From positions 1,240,001-1,304,000 of the forward strand of contig CP060757.1 of NCBI GenBank assembly GCA_023205875.1: DNA of 64,000 bases. The letters are read 5' to 3'. This stretch comes from Chloropicon primus. Its lineage: Eukaryota. Of the stretch, positions 8,736-18,168 are shown in pieces. The notes below the pieces were generated by a model that saw only the letters and a list, made by a program, of their open reading frames with translations, did not search any database and was not told where the DNA came from. The position numbers were made by a program, and so were the translations under genes. Numbering within the stretch: position 1 is the first letter of the stretch; every line of letters starts with the position of its first letter.

Positions 8736-9155
8736 TCTCTCTTTCAGTGGAAAGGAGAACTTGCCTTTGTGCTTCCAGTATTGACTGTGATTTCCCTACC
8801 GTCCTTTCGTGACTTTTCTGTGTGCTGTTTTTGATCTGATGTCTGAACACCATAACACTCTCCCTCCCTCTCAGTTTTCCTGAAAACTCACGGTCAGGGA
8901 ACTCCAGGCCCTCCCAGAAGGCAGGGAGAACTCCAAGGCAGTGACCTTGGCGTCGAGGAAGGGAGGGGAAGGACAGGTTTGCAGAGGAGGCAGGAGGCAG
9001 GGAGGCGGGGCGATGGGTGCTTGGTAGCCCTGGCCGCGGTTGGCGATTCGTGAGACCAAGCGTCCGAGAAATTTCGAGGGAGGGGGCGGGACGTCTTCCA
9101 CATGGTCTCGCGGGAGGGGAAATAGACCACTACTTGGCACACGAGAGTCCTTGGG

Positions 9156-12100
9156 ATGGGAAAGTGGATAGAAGCGCTCGTCGTTCTGGGGAGGGCGGAC
9201 GCGTCCCCGGAGGCCAGCGCGCGGACTTCGAGAGCGGCGAGCTCTGAGTTCGACAACCGGGCGTCCATATTGAGGTGCATTCCCGGGGAGGCGAGGGAGC
9301 ACCTCCCACCGCAGCTCAGTGTCTGCTGCCTTCCCACGGGAATCCAGAGAAAGCCTTTCCACCACAGGTCGCTGAGCAAGTACTACGACAAGTACAATGT
9401 CGTCCTCACGGACTCAACGGGCAACAAGACCTACGGCTACTGCTGCACCTTCTTCGACGTTTGCTCCGACAGGGTTCCGCGGGAGGGGGAGAGCCAGGAA
9501 GACGAGTTTGCTTACACAAAGTGTCTCTGCCTGATATCCAAAGACCCTCTCTACTCGACCTTCGAGACCTTGGTGCAGACGATGTACTCCACTTGCTTCT
9601 ACCAGCGGTCGGTGCTGAGCTACAACTACGACCTCCTCGCCGAAATTGTGACGAGAGTGAACCTCTTGCCAAGAGAGCTGGGCAGTCCCATGCACCTCAT
9701 TCTTCCGATCGACAGCAGGACCATTCACCTGGAGTTCGAGTGCCTCCCGGAGGGTTCGCCCTCCGAGATTCAGATCGACGACGTGGTCGGGATCAAGCCA
9801 AAGGCCTTGCTGTGCCTCTTCGAGGCGGTGCTGCTGGAGAGGAAGGTGATTCTGAGGTCAGAGAGCAAAGCCAAATTGAGCGGCGTGGCAGAGGCTCTGT
9901 GCGAGCTCTTGTACCCCATGACCTGGCAGCACATCTACATCCCGATCGTTCCCCAGGGGCTGACAGAGTATTTGGAGGCGCCCACGCCATACTTGATGGG
10001 CGTTCTCTCCAGCATCTCGACTCACAGCTTGAACTACGATCAGTCGATCGAGATCAACATCGACGACTCCACCTGCCACTTTGGGGAAGACTTCTCCCTG
10101 CCCTTCTGTGACGACTTCGTGCTGCTCAGGAAGCGGCTGGAGCAGCTGCCACGGGAGGGCGGCCACTTGGATCGCAACAGGTACTTGAAGCACAGGGAGA
10201 GGGATATCAGGTCCTTGTTCTTGGAGTTCGTGACCAACTTGTTGGCAGAGGCCCGCAAGCACTTTCAGCAAAACAAAAGAGACTTCGGGGAGGTCAGCGG
10301 CCAGGACCCTGACTTTCTGCAATCGTTCATGGAGACGCAGATGTTCCAGAATTTCTTTCACAATTCTCCGGGAATGCTCGACGCCCAAGAATTCGATGCG
10401 ATGAGGTCCCGCTTGACGGAGAGGTTTTCCCTCGTGTCCGAGGCGCAGGCAGTCGGCAAGCAAGTCGAGATCGTGAGCTTCCAATCCATGCTGCCGTCGG
10501 CTGATATAGCCAGCGACCTGGAAGGAGCAAAGAAAAACTCCCTGGCCAATCTGAGCGGTGCGGAGGGGTGGAGGAGCAAGGCGGAGGACAAAATGTACTC
10601 GAAGCTTCAAATGGAGGCAATAAAGAGCGAGAGGATTGTAGACTTGCACGAGTCTGGCCTGCAAGTCACTCCTGATGGTGGTGGAAACAGCAGCGATTTC
10701 TCGTACAACGAGAAGATCGAGGAGCTCTTCGATTGCGTGTACTTATATTTTCAGACGAAATACGGGAACCTTCTGTTCGACACGAGTTCCTCGATTGTCA
10801 GGCAGTGCATCGATAGCGTGGGCAGCATGGAGCATCTGACGGCAATGGTGGACGTCTTCAAGTACACTATTATGGAATCAAAGAGCAAAACGATAGAGTT
10901 CCACAGCCTGGACACCATGCAGAAGTTGATTCCCGTGTTCGAGGACATTGTCATGAAAGCAATCCACTCGGGCGACCACATCTTGGCGTTTGGGGTGCTG
11001 GCCATGAGCCTGTTCATCGAGTACAAGCCCGTGCCTGATGGGGGCGAGGGCATCACGGCTTTTGCGCACGTCGTAAACGATTTCCCGAAGAACAAATCCT
11101 TCTGGGTGGAGTTGGTGTCTTCGATCGTCGGGGGCGCTCAAAATTTGGAAGCAGAGGAGTCGGCGGCCGGCTACGAGTTTGTCGCAGATCTCCTGCTCCT
11201 CTGCTCGGTGATATTTGGTGATGACACCTGGTATGAAGCTTCAGTTCACGATCTCGCCGAGAAGATCACGATGAGCGAGCTCGAAGCAAAGGACATCAAA
11301 GTCATGTGCCTCCTGAGCAAGTCCAAATTTAGTCCAAGGGCAGTCTCCATGTGCCCAGATTCTAACTGGAACTTGCTAGGGAAGTTCCAAGCCGCGGAGT
11401 TGAGAGAAATGGAGGTGCGCCTACCTTCAGGAGAGTTGAAGGCAGCCCCGAATTCTCCCGTGAAGTCTATGGACTCGTTTTCGAACGTGATCATCGCTGC
11501 CACGTGCGATGCCCAGGTCCGCTTGTATAGTAAACCTTCAGGGGGGTCCAAGATACTGAGGGCTCCCGCATCGGTGCTGAGGCAGAGATCACGCCTCAAT
11601 CTCGTGAAGTTTAGTCGGGAAGGGTCCAACTTCTTCATTGTATCAAACAGAATCGGAGTCTGGGACACGAGATCCTTGAAAAGCATTCGTCACATGGAGG
11701 TGGAAGACACTCACTCGTGTTTTCGCGTCAGAAAGAACAATTCGGGGAAGGACTCCATTCTGGCTGGGACTGCAAAGGGAAGTTGCAAGCTGTGGGACCA
11801 CCTGTCCTCGGCCTCAGCTGCCTGCCTATCCTTTGAAGGCCATTCCAAGCAGGTGACAAAGATAACGTGCCTGGAGGGAGACAATAATCTGTTTGTATCC
11901 TCTTCCCGGGACGGTAGAGCTCTGCTGTGGGACGTGAGAAAGAACGGGGAGCCGGTGCACACGATGGTTGGGCACGAGTCTTGGATCACGGACCACCGAA
12001 TTTTCTACTGTGGCGACGACCCCTATCTCGTGTGCGGCAGCGACGATTGGACGAGCACGGTTTGGAACCTCAGCAACGGAAGCCTCTGCTGCACCTACTA

Positions 12101-12521
12101 TGGCCATACCAGTCCCGTTTGTTCGCTTGCGGTGTGCTCCAGCGATCCCGAAGAAGGTCCTGTGATTGCTTCTGGCGATTGCACAGGGTCGATCCAGCTC
12201 TGGAGAGCTACTCTGGGCGATGTGTACACTTCTGGCGCTACCCTCGAGTCTCTGTCTCTGAGAACGAGAGGCGATCCGGTACTCAAAGTGGAGTGCCAGG
12301 GGTCGAAGCCCTTGATCGCCTGCCACTCAAGCAACACTGTGGCATCGTGGGAGCTCTGCGGCAGCGAGGGTGACCTTAGCGCAAACTGCAAGGCTTACCT
12401 CGACCTGAGTCTGCACTTCACCGCATGCAAAGTGGACTACGCCACGAATTTCGTATACAGTGGTTGCGCAAACGGCAACGTTGTGGCGTGGAGCCTCGCC
12501 GAGGGGATGTGCTCCTTGTGA
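9156..12521 (+). CDS. DENN-domain plus C-terminal WD40 protein (SCD1-like Rab GEF)
   Basis: uDENN/DENN motifs (VLTDSTGNKTYG, LLERKVIL, LLYPMTWQHIYIPI, EAPTPYLMG) and C-terminal WD40 repeats. Confidence 0.85.
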   Translation: MGKWIEALVVLGRADASPEASARTSRAASSEFDNRASILRCIPGEAREHLPPQLSVCCLPTGIQRKPFHHRSLSKYYDKYNVVLTDSTGNKTYGYCCTFFDVCSDRVPREGESQEDEFAYTKCLCLISKDPLYSTFETLVQTMYSTCFYQRSVLSYNYDLLAEIVTRVNLLPRELGSPMHLILPIDSRTIHLEFECLPEGSPSEIQIDDVVGIKPKALLCLFEAVLLERKVILRSESKAKLSGVAEALCELLYPMTWQHIYIPIVPQGLTEYLEAPTPYLMGVLSSISTHSLNYDQSIEINIDDSTCHFGEDFSLPFCDDFVLLRKRLEQLPREGGHLDRNRYLKHRERDIRSLFLEFVTNLLAEARKHFQQNKRDFGEVSGQDPDFLQSFMETQMFQNFFHNSPGMLDAQEFDAMRSRLTERFSLVSEAQAVGKQVEIVSFQSMLPSADIASDLEGAKKNSLANLSGAEGWRSKAEDKMYSKLQMEAIKSERIVDLHESGLQVTPDGGGNSSDFSYNEKIEELFDCVYLYFQTKYGNLLFDTSSSIVRQCIDSVGSMEHLTAMVDVFKYTIMESKSKTIEFHSLDTMQKLIPVFEDIVMKAIHSGDHILAFGVLAMSLFIEYKPVPDGGEGITAFAHVVNDFPKNKSFWVELVSSIVGGAQNLEAEESAAGYEFVADLLLLCSVIFGDDTWYEASVHDLAEKITMSELEAKDIKVMCLLSKSKFSPRAVSMCPDSNWNLLGKFQAAELREMEVRLPSGELKAAPNSPVKSMDSFSNVIIAATCDAQVRLYSKPSGGSKILRAPASVLRQRSRLNLVKFSREGSNFFIVSNRIGVWDTRSLKSIRHMEVEDTHSCFRVRKNNSGKDSILAGTAKGSCKLWDHLSSASAACLSFEGHSKQVTKITCLEGDNNLFVSSSRDGRALLWDVRKNGEPVHTMVGHESWITDHRIFYCGDDPYLVCGSDDWTSTVWNLSNGSLCCTYYGHTSPVCSLAVCSSDPEEGPVIASGDCTGSIQLWRATLGDVYTSGATLESLSLRTRGDPVLKVECQGSKPLIACHSSNTVASWELCGSEGDLSANCKAYLDLSLHFTACKVDYATNFVYSGCANGNVVAWSLAEGMCSL

Positions 12522-12624
12522 CGTTTTGTGAATTGTGTGTTATATAATTGCTGACACTTTACAACTTTTCATTTTTGTGACGAAGAAAACGTCATATTAA
12601 GTTTACGGGCCCTCCTCACTCGCT

Positions 12625-13689
12625 TTAGAGAGGAGCAAAATCCTTGAACAGCTCCTTCGCCTTCTCTGGGTCGACCTTCGCAGAGTTTGGATCATCGATC
12701 GAATCTGGATACTTGTCGAAGTTCTGCGTGTCACCCTCACCCTTCACACTTGGAACAATTGGCGGTTGCTGCTCTTCCGAATTGAGAGCCGCCCAGTTGT
12801 ATCCCTTGAACCACTTGTGCTTCTTGATGTCCTCAGCCCCATTCTTGAGACAGCCAAGTCTCTTTGTCCTATCCGACTGAAGAAGCTTCTTGACCAGGTC
12901 CTTTGCGTGAACATCGAAGTGTCGAGGGAACTCTAATTTGTTTGCAAGAATCTTCTGGTAGATTCCAAAAGGGTTCTCGTCGTAGAATGGTGGATACCCC
13001 GCTAGCATCTCGTAGATCAGGATTCCCAGGGCCCACCAGTCGGCGCTCTTTCCATGGCCCTTGCTCTGAATGATTTCTGGTGCCAGGTACTCGGGCGTGC
13101 CACACAATGTCCACGTTCTATCCGTGACCACCTTGGCAAAACCGAAGTCAGTGACTTTCAAGAACCCTCTATAATCCAACAAAAGGTTCTCTGGCTTCAA
13201 ATCTCTATAAATAATGTCCTTGGTGTGAAGGTACTGAATGGCAGATATAATCGATGCGGCATAAAACCTGCTTGTGTCGGTGCTGAATCTACCCCTTTCA
13301 CGCAAGTGAGAAAAGATCTCACCTCCTGCAACGTACTCCATGAGCATGTACAAGCTTGTTTCGTCCACAAAGGTGGCAAAAAGGTGGACAATGAAGGAAT
13401 GGTCGATTCTCGACAGAATATCCTTCTCACTCCTTATGTGCTCGACCTGCTTGAGTCTAATCACCTCGCTCTTCTTCAGAGCCTTCAAAGCATAATATTT
13501 TCCTGTCGCCTTGTGCTTTACTAGCCTAACTCGACCAAAAGTTCCCGTTCCTAACGTTTCGAGGATATCGAACTCGTCTAAGCTTTTGAATTCCTGACCC
13601 CTTCTTGGCTCCAAGCTCGAGCTCACCTGAGGAGCCGGCTCCTTGTCCTTTTTCTTGCTCTTGGAACCGAGCCCAAGCGCCTTCTTCAT
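12625..13689 (-). CDS. cAMP-dependent protein kinase catalytic subunit (PKA-C/PRKX-like)
   Basis: GTGTFGRV, LKQVEH, YRDLKPEN, DFGFAK, RTWTLCGTPEYLAPE, C-terminal FKDF motif. Confidence 0.92.
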   Translation of the reverse strand: MKKALGLGSKSKKKDKEPAPQVSSSLEPRRGQEFKSLDEFDILETLGTGTFGRVRLVKHKATGKYYALKALKKSEVIRLKQVEHIRSEKDILSRIDHSFIVHLFATFVDETSLYMLMEYVAGGEIFSHLRERGRFSTDTSRFYAASIISAIQYLHTKDIIYRDLKPENLLLDYRGFLKVTDFGFAKVVTDRTWTLCGTPEYLAPEIIQSKGHGKSADWWALGILIYEMLAGYPPFYDENPFGIYQKILANKLEFPRHFDVHAKDLVKKLLQSDRTKRLGCLKNGAEDIKKHKWFKGYNWAALNSEEQQPPIVPSVKGEGDTQNFDKYPDSIDDPNSAKVDPEKAKELFKDFAPL

Positions 13690-14205
13690 TGTGTCTCTCC
13701 TTTGTCCTGAACCGTCCTTCCTCTACAATCAATGTCGAGTCTCCTCTGCTCGCCGAAATGCACGTCTCCACCACCGCTCAGCGACTTGCTTTCAGCCCCA
13801 AAGTTCAGGAAACAAAGGAAGACGAGAAAAGGACACAATCCTTCCAAGTCTCTCTCTAAGGTTACGCCTTCCCTCCGACCGAGGGCAGCCCACTGACGCG
13901 GTTCCCAAATCCCCCTCCCTGGGTCTGCTCAGTCCTTTTCTTAGGGTAGAGTTCCTTACGTCTCCTCCTTTCCTCTTCGGTCCCGTCAGTCCGGTTCCTC
14001 GTCCCCGTGGCCAGTGCCGTCTCAAGCCAAGGTAAGGTAGTCCTCCCTTCCCTTGAGTCTTGTCCTCTACGCCGCAAACCACCTACGAAACCACCTCTTT
14101 TGCCAAGCCCAAGGTCCTCGAGGAAAAATGAAGAGTTCGTATTGTGCTAAATGCAACTTACTGGACAAGGGAGCGAGAACAACGGGGAGGGAAACACTCC
14201 CACAA

Positions 14206-14298
14206 AACAGAACAGAACAGAACAGAACAGAACAGAACAGAACAGAACAGAAGAACAAAGAGGAAGAGGAAGAGGACGAGGAAGAGGAAGAGGAAGAG
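14206..14298. repeat. (AACAG)n microsatellite followed by a GAAGAG-rich tract
   Basis: About nine AACAG units at 14206-14250. Confidence 0.9.
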
Positions 14299-14824
14299 CC
14301 AGCTTTGCTTAAGAAGGGGAATGGAAGGAGCGAAAGAGAAACAGGGTTGTCTTTGTGTAGAATTGTCATACTGTACCTCGCAGCGATTGGGGAAACGCAT
14401 ACATGTTTGGGATGAGGACGGAGGGGAAACTCAGACTCAAGAGGAAAAGTTTCAGTTTTAGAGTAGTATTCACGAGGTAGGACAAGAAGAGGAGGACGAG
14501 AGGGCAGCACGGGATTATAACTATGAGGGAAGACCCTCTTCTTGTACACGAGGACAAGCGAAGTCAATCCCCGGGACCCCGGGCCGCCTTTCCTTTCAAT
14601 GAAAGAAAAGTTCAAATATGAATTTGTCAGACAGCAGAAGACTTCTTTCTTTCTTTGTTTGCTTGGGACGTTCGTACGTTCGCGTGGTGGATCATCATCA
14701 TCATAGTATCCATTTCTTTTTTCTGTTTCTGTTTCCGTTCTACTTTACATTAGATTGCTTACTCGATGGGCAGACAGAGCCCAGCGGTGATCCCTGAGGT
14801 GCGACGACCTCCCCGACCTCTCAG

Positions 14825-16441
14825 CTACTTCTTCGGCTTCTTCTTCTTCGGCTTCTCGTTGCTGTCACTGTCGTCGTCGTCATCCGAATCCTCGTCGTCG
14901 TCAGAGTCATCGTCGTCGTCTTCACTGGCACTGCTGTCGTCGTCCTCGCTCTCGTCCTCGCTCTCCTTGAAGTCCTCGTCCTCCTCGCTGTCCTCGTCTT
15001 CGCCGCTCTCGCCCAAGTCATCGAGCCCGGCAACGGGGGCGCTCGCCGACCTCCCGCCGGCGTTCATGGACTGCTGCACTTGCTTCAGGTTCTCTATCCT
15101 CAAGTTCCTCTCCTGGATGAAAGAGAAGAGGTTCTGCCACTCCTGCTTCTGGATGCTCCTGAACAAGAACTCGGTGTCCGACTTTGTCTTCACGAGCAAG
15201 TCAAAAGTCTTGGCAGCCGCAGAGTACTGGGACATGGACTGCCTCTGGAACTCCACAGACTCTATGTCGTCGAAAAGGATGAGGATCGGCGGCTTCTGCA
15301 CGTAGAAGAAGGCCTTCTCGAGCGGGAACAGGTACCCGTCGTCGCTCTTGTAGCTGCACCTCACGCAGTGGCCGTCGCCGGAGGAGTTCTTGAACTTCAC
15401 CGGCCGGCTGATCTTCGCGCCCGCCAGACCCCTCACGACCTTGGCAAACACGTCGCTCGAGGGCCCGTTGAAGTTCCTGTCTGGAATTCCGTTCCCGTTC
15501 ACCTCGTTCTTCTTCTGCAGCTGCTCGTCCGACAGGTTCAAGTGGACCTCCTCCATGTCGTCGTTATGGAACTGAAACAGGACGTGCGGGTAGAAGGTCT
15601 GGCCCTTCCTGATGGGAGGATCCAGGGAGAGCACGACGAGGGTCTGGGGCTGGTGGACCTTCGGCAGAACGAAGACCCTCATGATGCTCGTGTACCTGAT
15701 CTTGAAGTCCTGGCTCTGGCCCACGAGCTTCAAGAAGTTCATGTGGAGCTGCACCTCGTACCTGCCCCTCGGCACCACCACGGCGACCTCAGGCATGGAC
15801 AGAATGATGTCGTCGCTGCTGGTGACCAGGTCGGCCTTGGTCAGAACCTGGTCCAGGAACACCTTGGCCGAGGTCTTGTCCTCCTCGGCGAAGTAGGTCG
15901 ACGAGTCGGGGGGAACGTAGAACGACATCTCGACCAGGGCGTCCTCCTTGGTCGCCGTCCCCGTGTCGTCGGTCTGGAACTCTATGGCGACCTCGTTCTT
16001 CCCCTGGAGGGACGCCTGCGAGATGTCCTTCATCGTCACCTCGAAGGCCTTCTTCCCGTCCACGTCGAAGCTCAGCTGCGAGTCCACGATGTTCAGTTCC
16101 CCCCAGTTCCTGCCGTTGGAGCTCAACTCGCGATCTTGGACCACGCCCTGCTCGAACCTCGCCCTGAGCTCCTCGATGTCCCTCTCCCGGAAGCCAACGA
16201 AAGCGAGCTGGCTCCCATCCCTCTTCTTCACCGTCAGCACGAACTCCCTCCCGCTCCTCGCCCAGTACGCCTCCTTGACCTCCTCCGAGCTCACCGTGAT
16301 CGTCTTCCCACCGCCCTGCTTGCGCCACGTAAAGCCTTTGCCTTCCAGCTTGAACGTCCCTTGAGGCGCCGCACCCGTCGACGCGAGGTAGATGCTCCCG
16401 AACTGGTGCACCCCCCCTCCGCTCGCCACCTCCGCTGCCAT
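14825..16441 (-). CDS. SSRP1: FACT complex subunit SSRP1/Pob3 (no HMG box visible)
   Basis: GRNWG, GKNEV..EF, PRGRY, LDPPIRKGQTFY, GYLFPLEKAFF..KPP; acidic tail. Confidence 0.93.
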   Translation of the reverse strand: MAAEVASGGGVHQFGSIYLASTGAAPQGTFKLEGKGFTWRKQGGGKTITVSSEEVKEAYWARSGREFVLTVKKRDGSQLAFVGFRERDIEELRARFEQGVVQDRELSSNGRNWGELNIVDSQLSFDVDGKKAFEVTMKDISQASLQGKNEVAIEFQTDDTGTATKEDALVEMSFYVPPDSSTYFAEEDKTSAKVFLDQVLTKADLVTSSDDIILSMPEVAVVVPRGRYEVQLHMNFLKLVGQSQDFKIRYTSIMRVFVLPKVHQPQTLVVLSLDPPIRKGQTFYPHVLFQFHNDDMEEVHLNLSDEQLQKKNEVNGNGIPDRNFNGPSSDVFAKVVRGLAGAKISRPVKFKNSSGDGHCVRCSYKSDDGYLFPLEKAFFYVQKPPILILFDDIESVEFQRQSMSQYSAAAKTFDLLVKTKSDTEFLFRSIQKQEWQNLFSFIQERNLRIENLKQVQQSMNAGGRSASAPVAGLDDLGESGEDEDSEEDEDFKESEDESEDDDSSASEDDDDDSDDDEDSDDDDDSDSNEKPKKKKPKK

Positions 16442-16682
16442 CTCCTCCAACCCTCTTCCAAAGTCACACACACACACACACACACACACAACACAACCTT
16501 GTGCAGCCGCTCCGCTCCCCCGCGCTCAATCTCTTCGATTGTCTTCGTTTTCCCGCCATGGGACCGACCCTCTTGGAAATTTCCATTTCCGTCGAGGAGC
16601 GAAGCGAGGGCAAAGCGGAAAGAGCGGAGAGCGGAGAGAGTTTTCAAGGGCGGTTTGAGGTGAAGAAGGAGTTGAAGGTTCG

Positions 16683-17294
16683 ATGATGCAGAGGTGGGCG
16701 AAGGCGTTGGGGCCAGTGAGTCGGCTGGCGTGGCAGACGGAGAGCATGGTGGAGAGCGCGCTCAAGGCGCTGGGAGGATATGGGCCCTCGAGGGTCTTTA
16801 GTTCTGCGGTGACTGCGCCTGCGACGATACCCACGACGAACAGTCAGGGGGCTGCTTTCCCGGACGACTTGAGGAGCACCTCCGGCCTGGGAAAGGGGGA
16901 CAGCCTCGGCACGCACACGTCCAAGTGGCTCTCGGTAAGTTCCCAAGGAATTCGAGTTCCAAGTGGCCCTTCCTTCCTCTCTCTCCCGGGCCTGGGTTCG
17001 TCTCCCGTGCCGGAGGGCGCATTTTCTGACCTCTTTTTCTTTTCCTCGTGCGACTCTTTTTCTCGCCTCCCGCCCGTGCGTCTTGCTCCAACCGCGAAGG
17101 AGGGAGAGGGTCCGATGGAGATGATCGCGAGGGTCCCGCCAATTGCCGTGAAGGAGAAGGTCGTCGCCTGCAGAGGAGGCCAGTTCTCTTTGGGGCACCC
17201 TGTCGAATTCATCAAGGTCTACGGCACCACAGAGGCCGATCCCGCCGTGTGCAAGTACTGCGGCCTGCGGTACCACTACGACGGCGACCACTAG
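16683..17294 (+). CDS. NDUFS6: Complex I 13-kDa subunit (zf-CHCC); intron 16935-17099
   Basis: HTSKW...PMEMIARVPPI...ACRGG...LGHPVEFI...CKYCGLRY; GTAAGT donor, CTGAC branch at 17026. Confidence 0.88.
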   Translation: MMQRWAKALGPVSRLAWQTESMVESALKALGGYGPSRVFSSAVTAPATIPTTNSQGAAFPDDLRSTSGLGKGDSLGTHTSKWLSVSSQGIRVPSGPSFLSLPGLGSSPVPEGAFSDLFFFSSCDSFSRLPPVRLAPTAKEGEGPMEMIARVPPIAVKEKVVACRGGQFSLGHPVEFIKVYGTTEADPAVCKYCGLRYHYDGDH

Positions 17295-18015
17295 CTCCGG
17301 GCCAGTGTCCATGATTCGTTTTGCGAGCGCCTAGGAGACGGAAACAAACGGGCGAAAAACTCTCTATATTTGTAAACAGGACTCGTTTTTTATCTCTCTC
17401 TCTCTCTCTCTCAGTCTGGCTTTTGAGCAAAGTCTGTTCTGTCTTACACCCAGGTCGGCCGCTTCTTCCGATTCCCTTCGAAACCGAGGCGCTGAACCGG
17501 CCACCTTTCCTCTTCTCCTTCTCTTCTGCATGGAGACAGAGGGGCTTGACGCGCGCGCTCTCTCATCCTGCCGTGGACTGTCAGAAGGAGCACTCGGAAG
17601 ACGGTTGCAGCAAAAGGACACAGGGACCAGAGAGAGCTTTGGACGGACGGACCAAAGGCTTTGGTCCAAAGCGCTGTTGGACACACTTGTTCCTGCGTTT
17701 GCGGGTTGCTCAAACTTGCTCCAAGGTCGAGCCAGGCCATCCCACCACCACTCGTGGCTGCTGCAGGACCCACCCACCCCAAGTCTCCAATCCATCCTCT
17801 CCATCCTCTCCTCGGTTCTGGACATCCACATCCTCGATCGAGGGGATCGAAGCCATTCCTCCCCCTCCCTCTCTCTCTCCAGGCCTTTGGAAAATTCGTG
17901 GCGGCAATGGGATTTCCTCTAGTGCGAAACGCTTCTTGCGGCCGCAGATCACCCCAACCAAGCTGGAGCTGGACCAGGAAGAGCAGAGCGGCGAGAGGAC
18001 AGAGCGGCCGTTGTC

Positions 18016-18055
<40 letters not shown>

Positions 18056-18168
18056 AGGGCGGAGCGACCGACCGAGGGGACGGGGCGGGGGACGAGGGAG
18101 AGGGGGACACGGGTGAGGGAGGAACTTGGAGGGAAGAGGGGAACGAGTCGAGTTCTTCTTCGCGCGAG

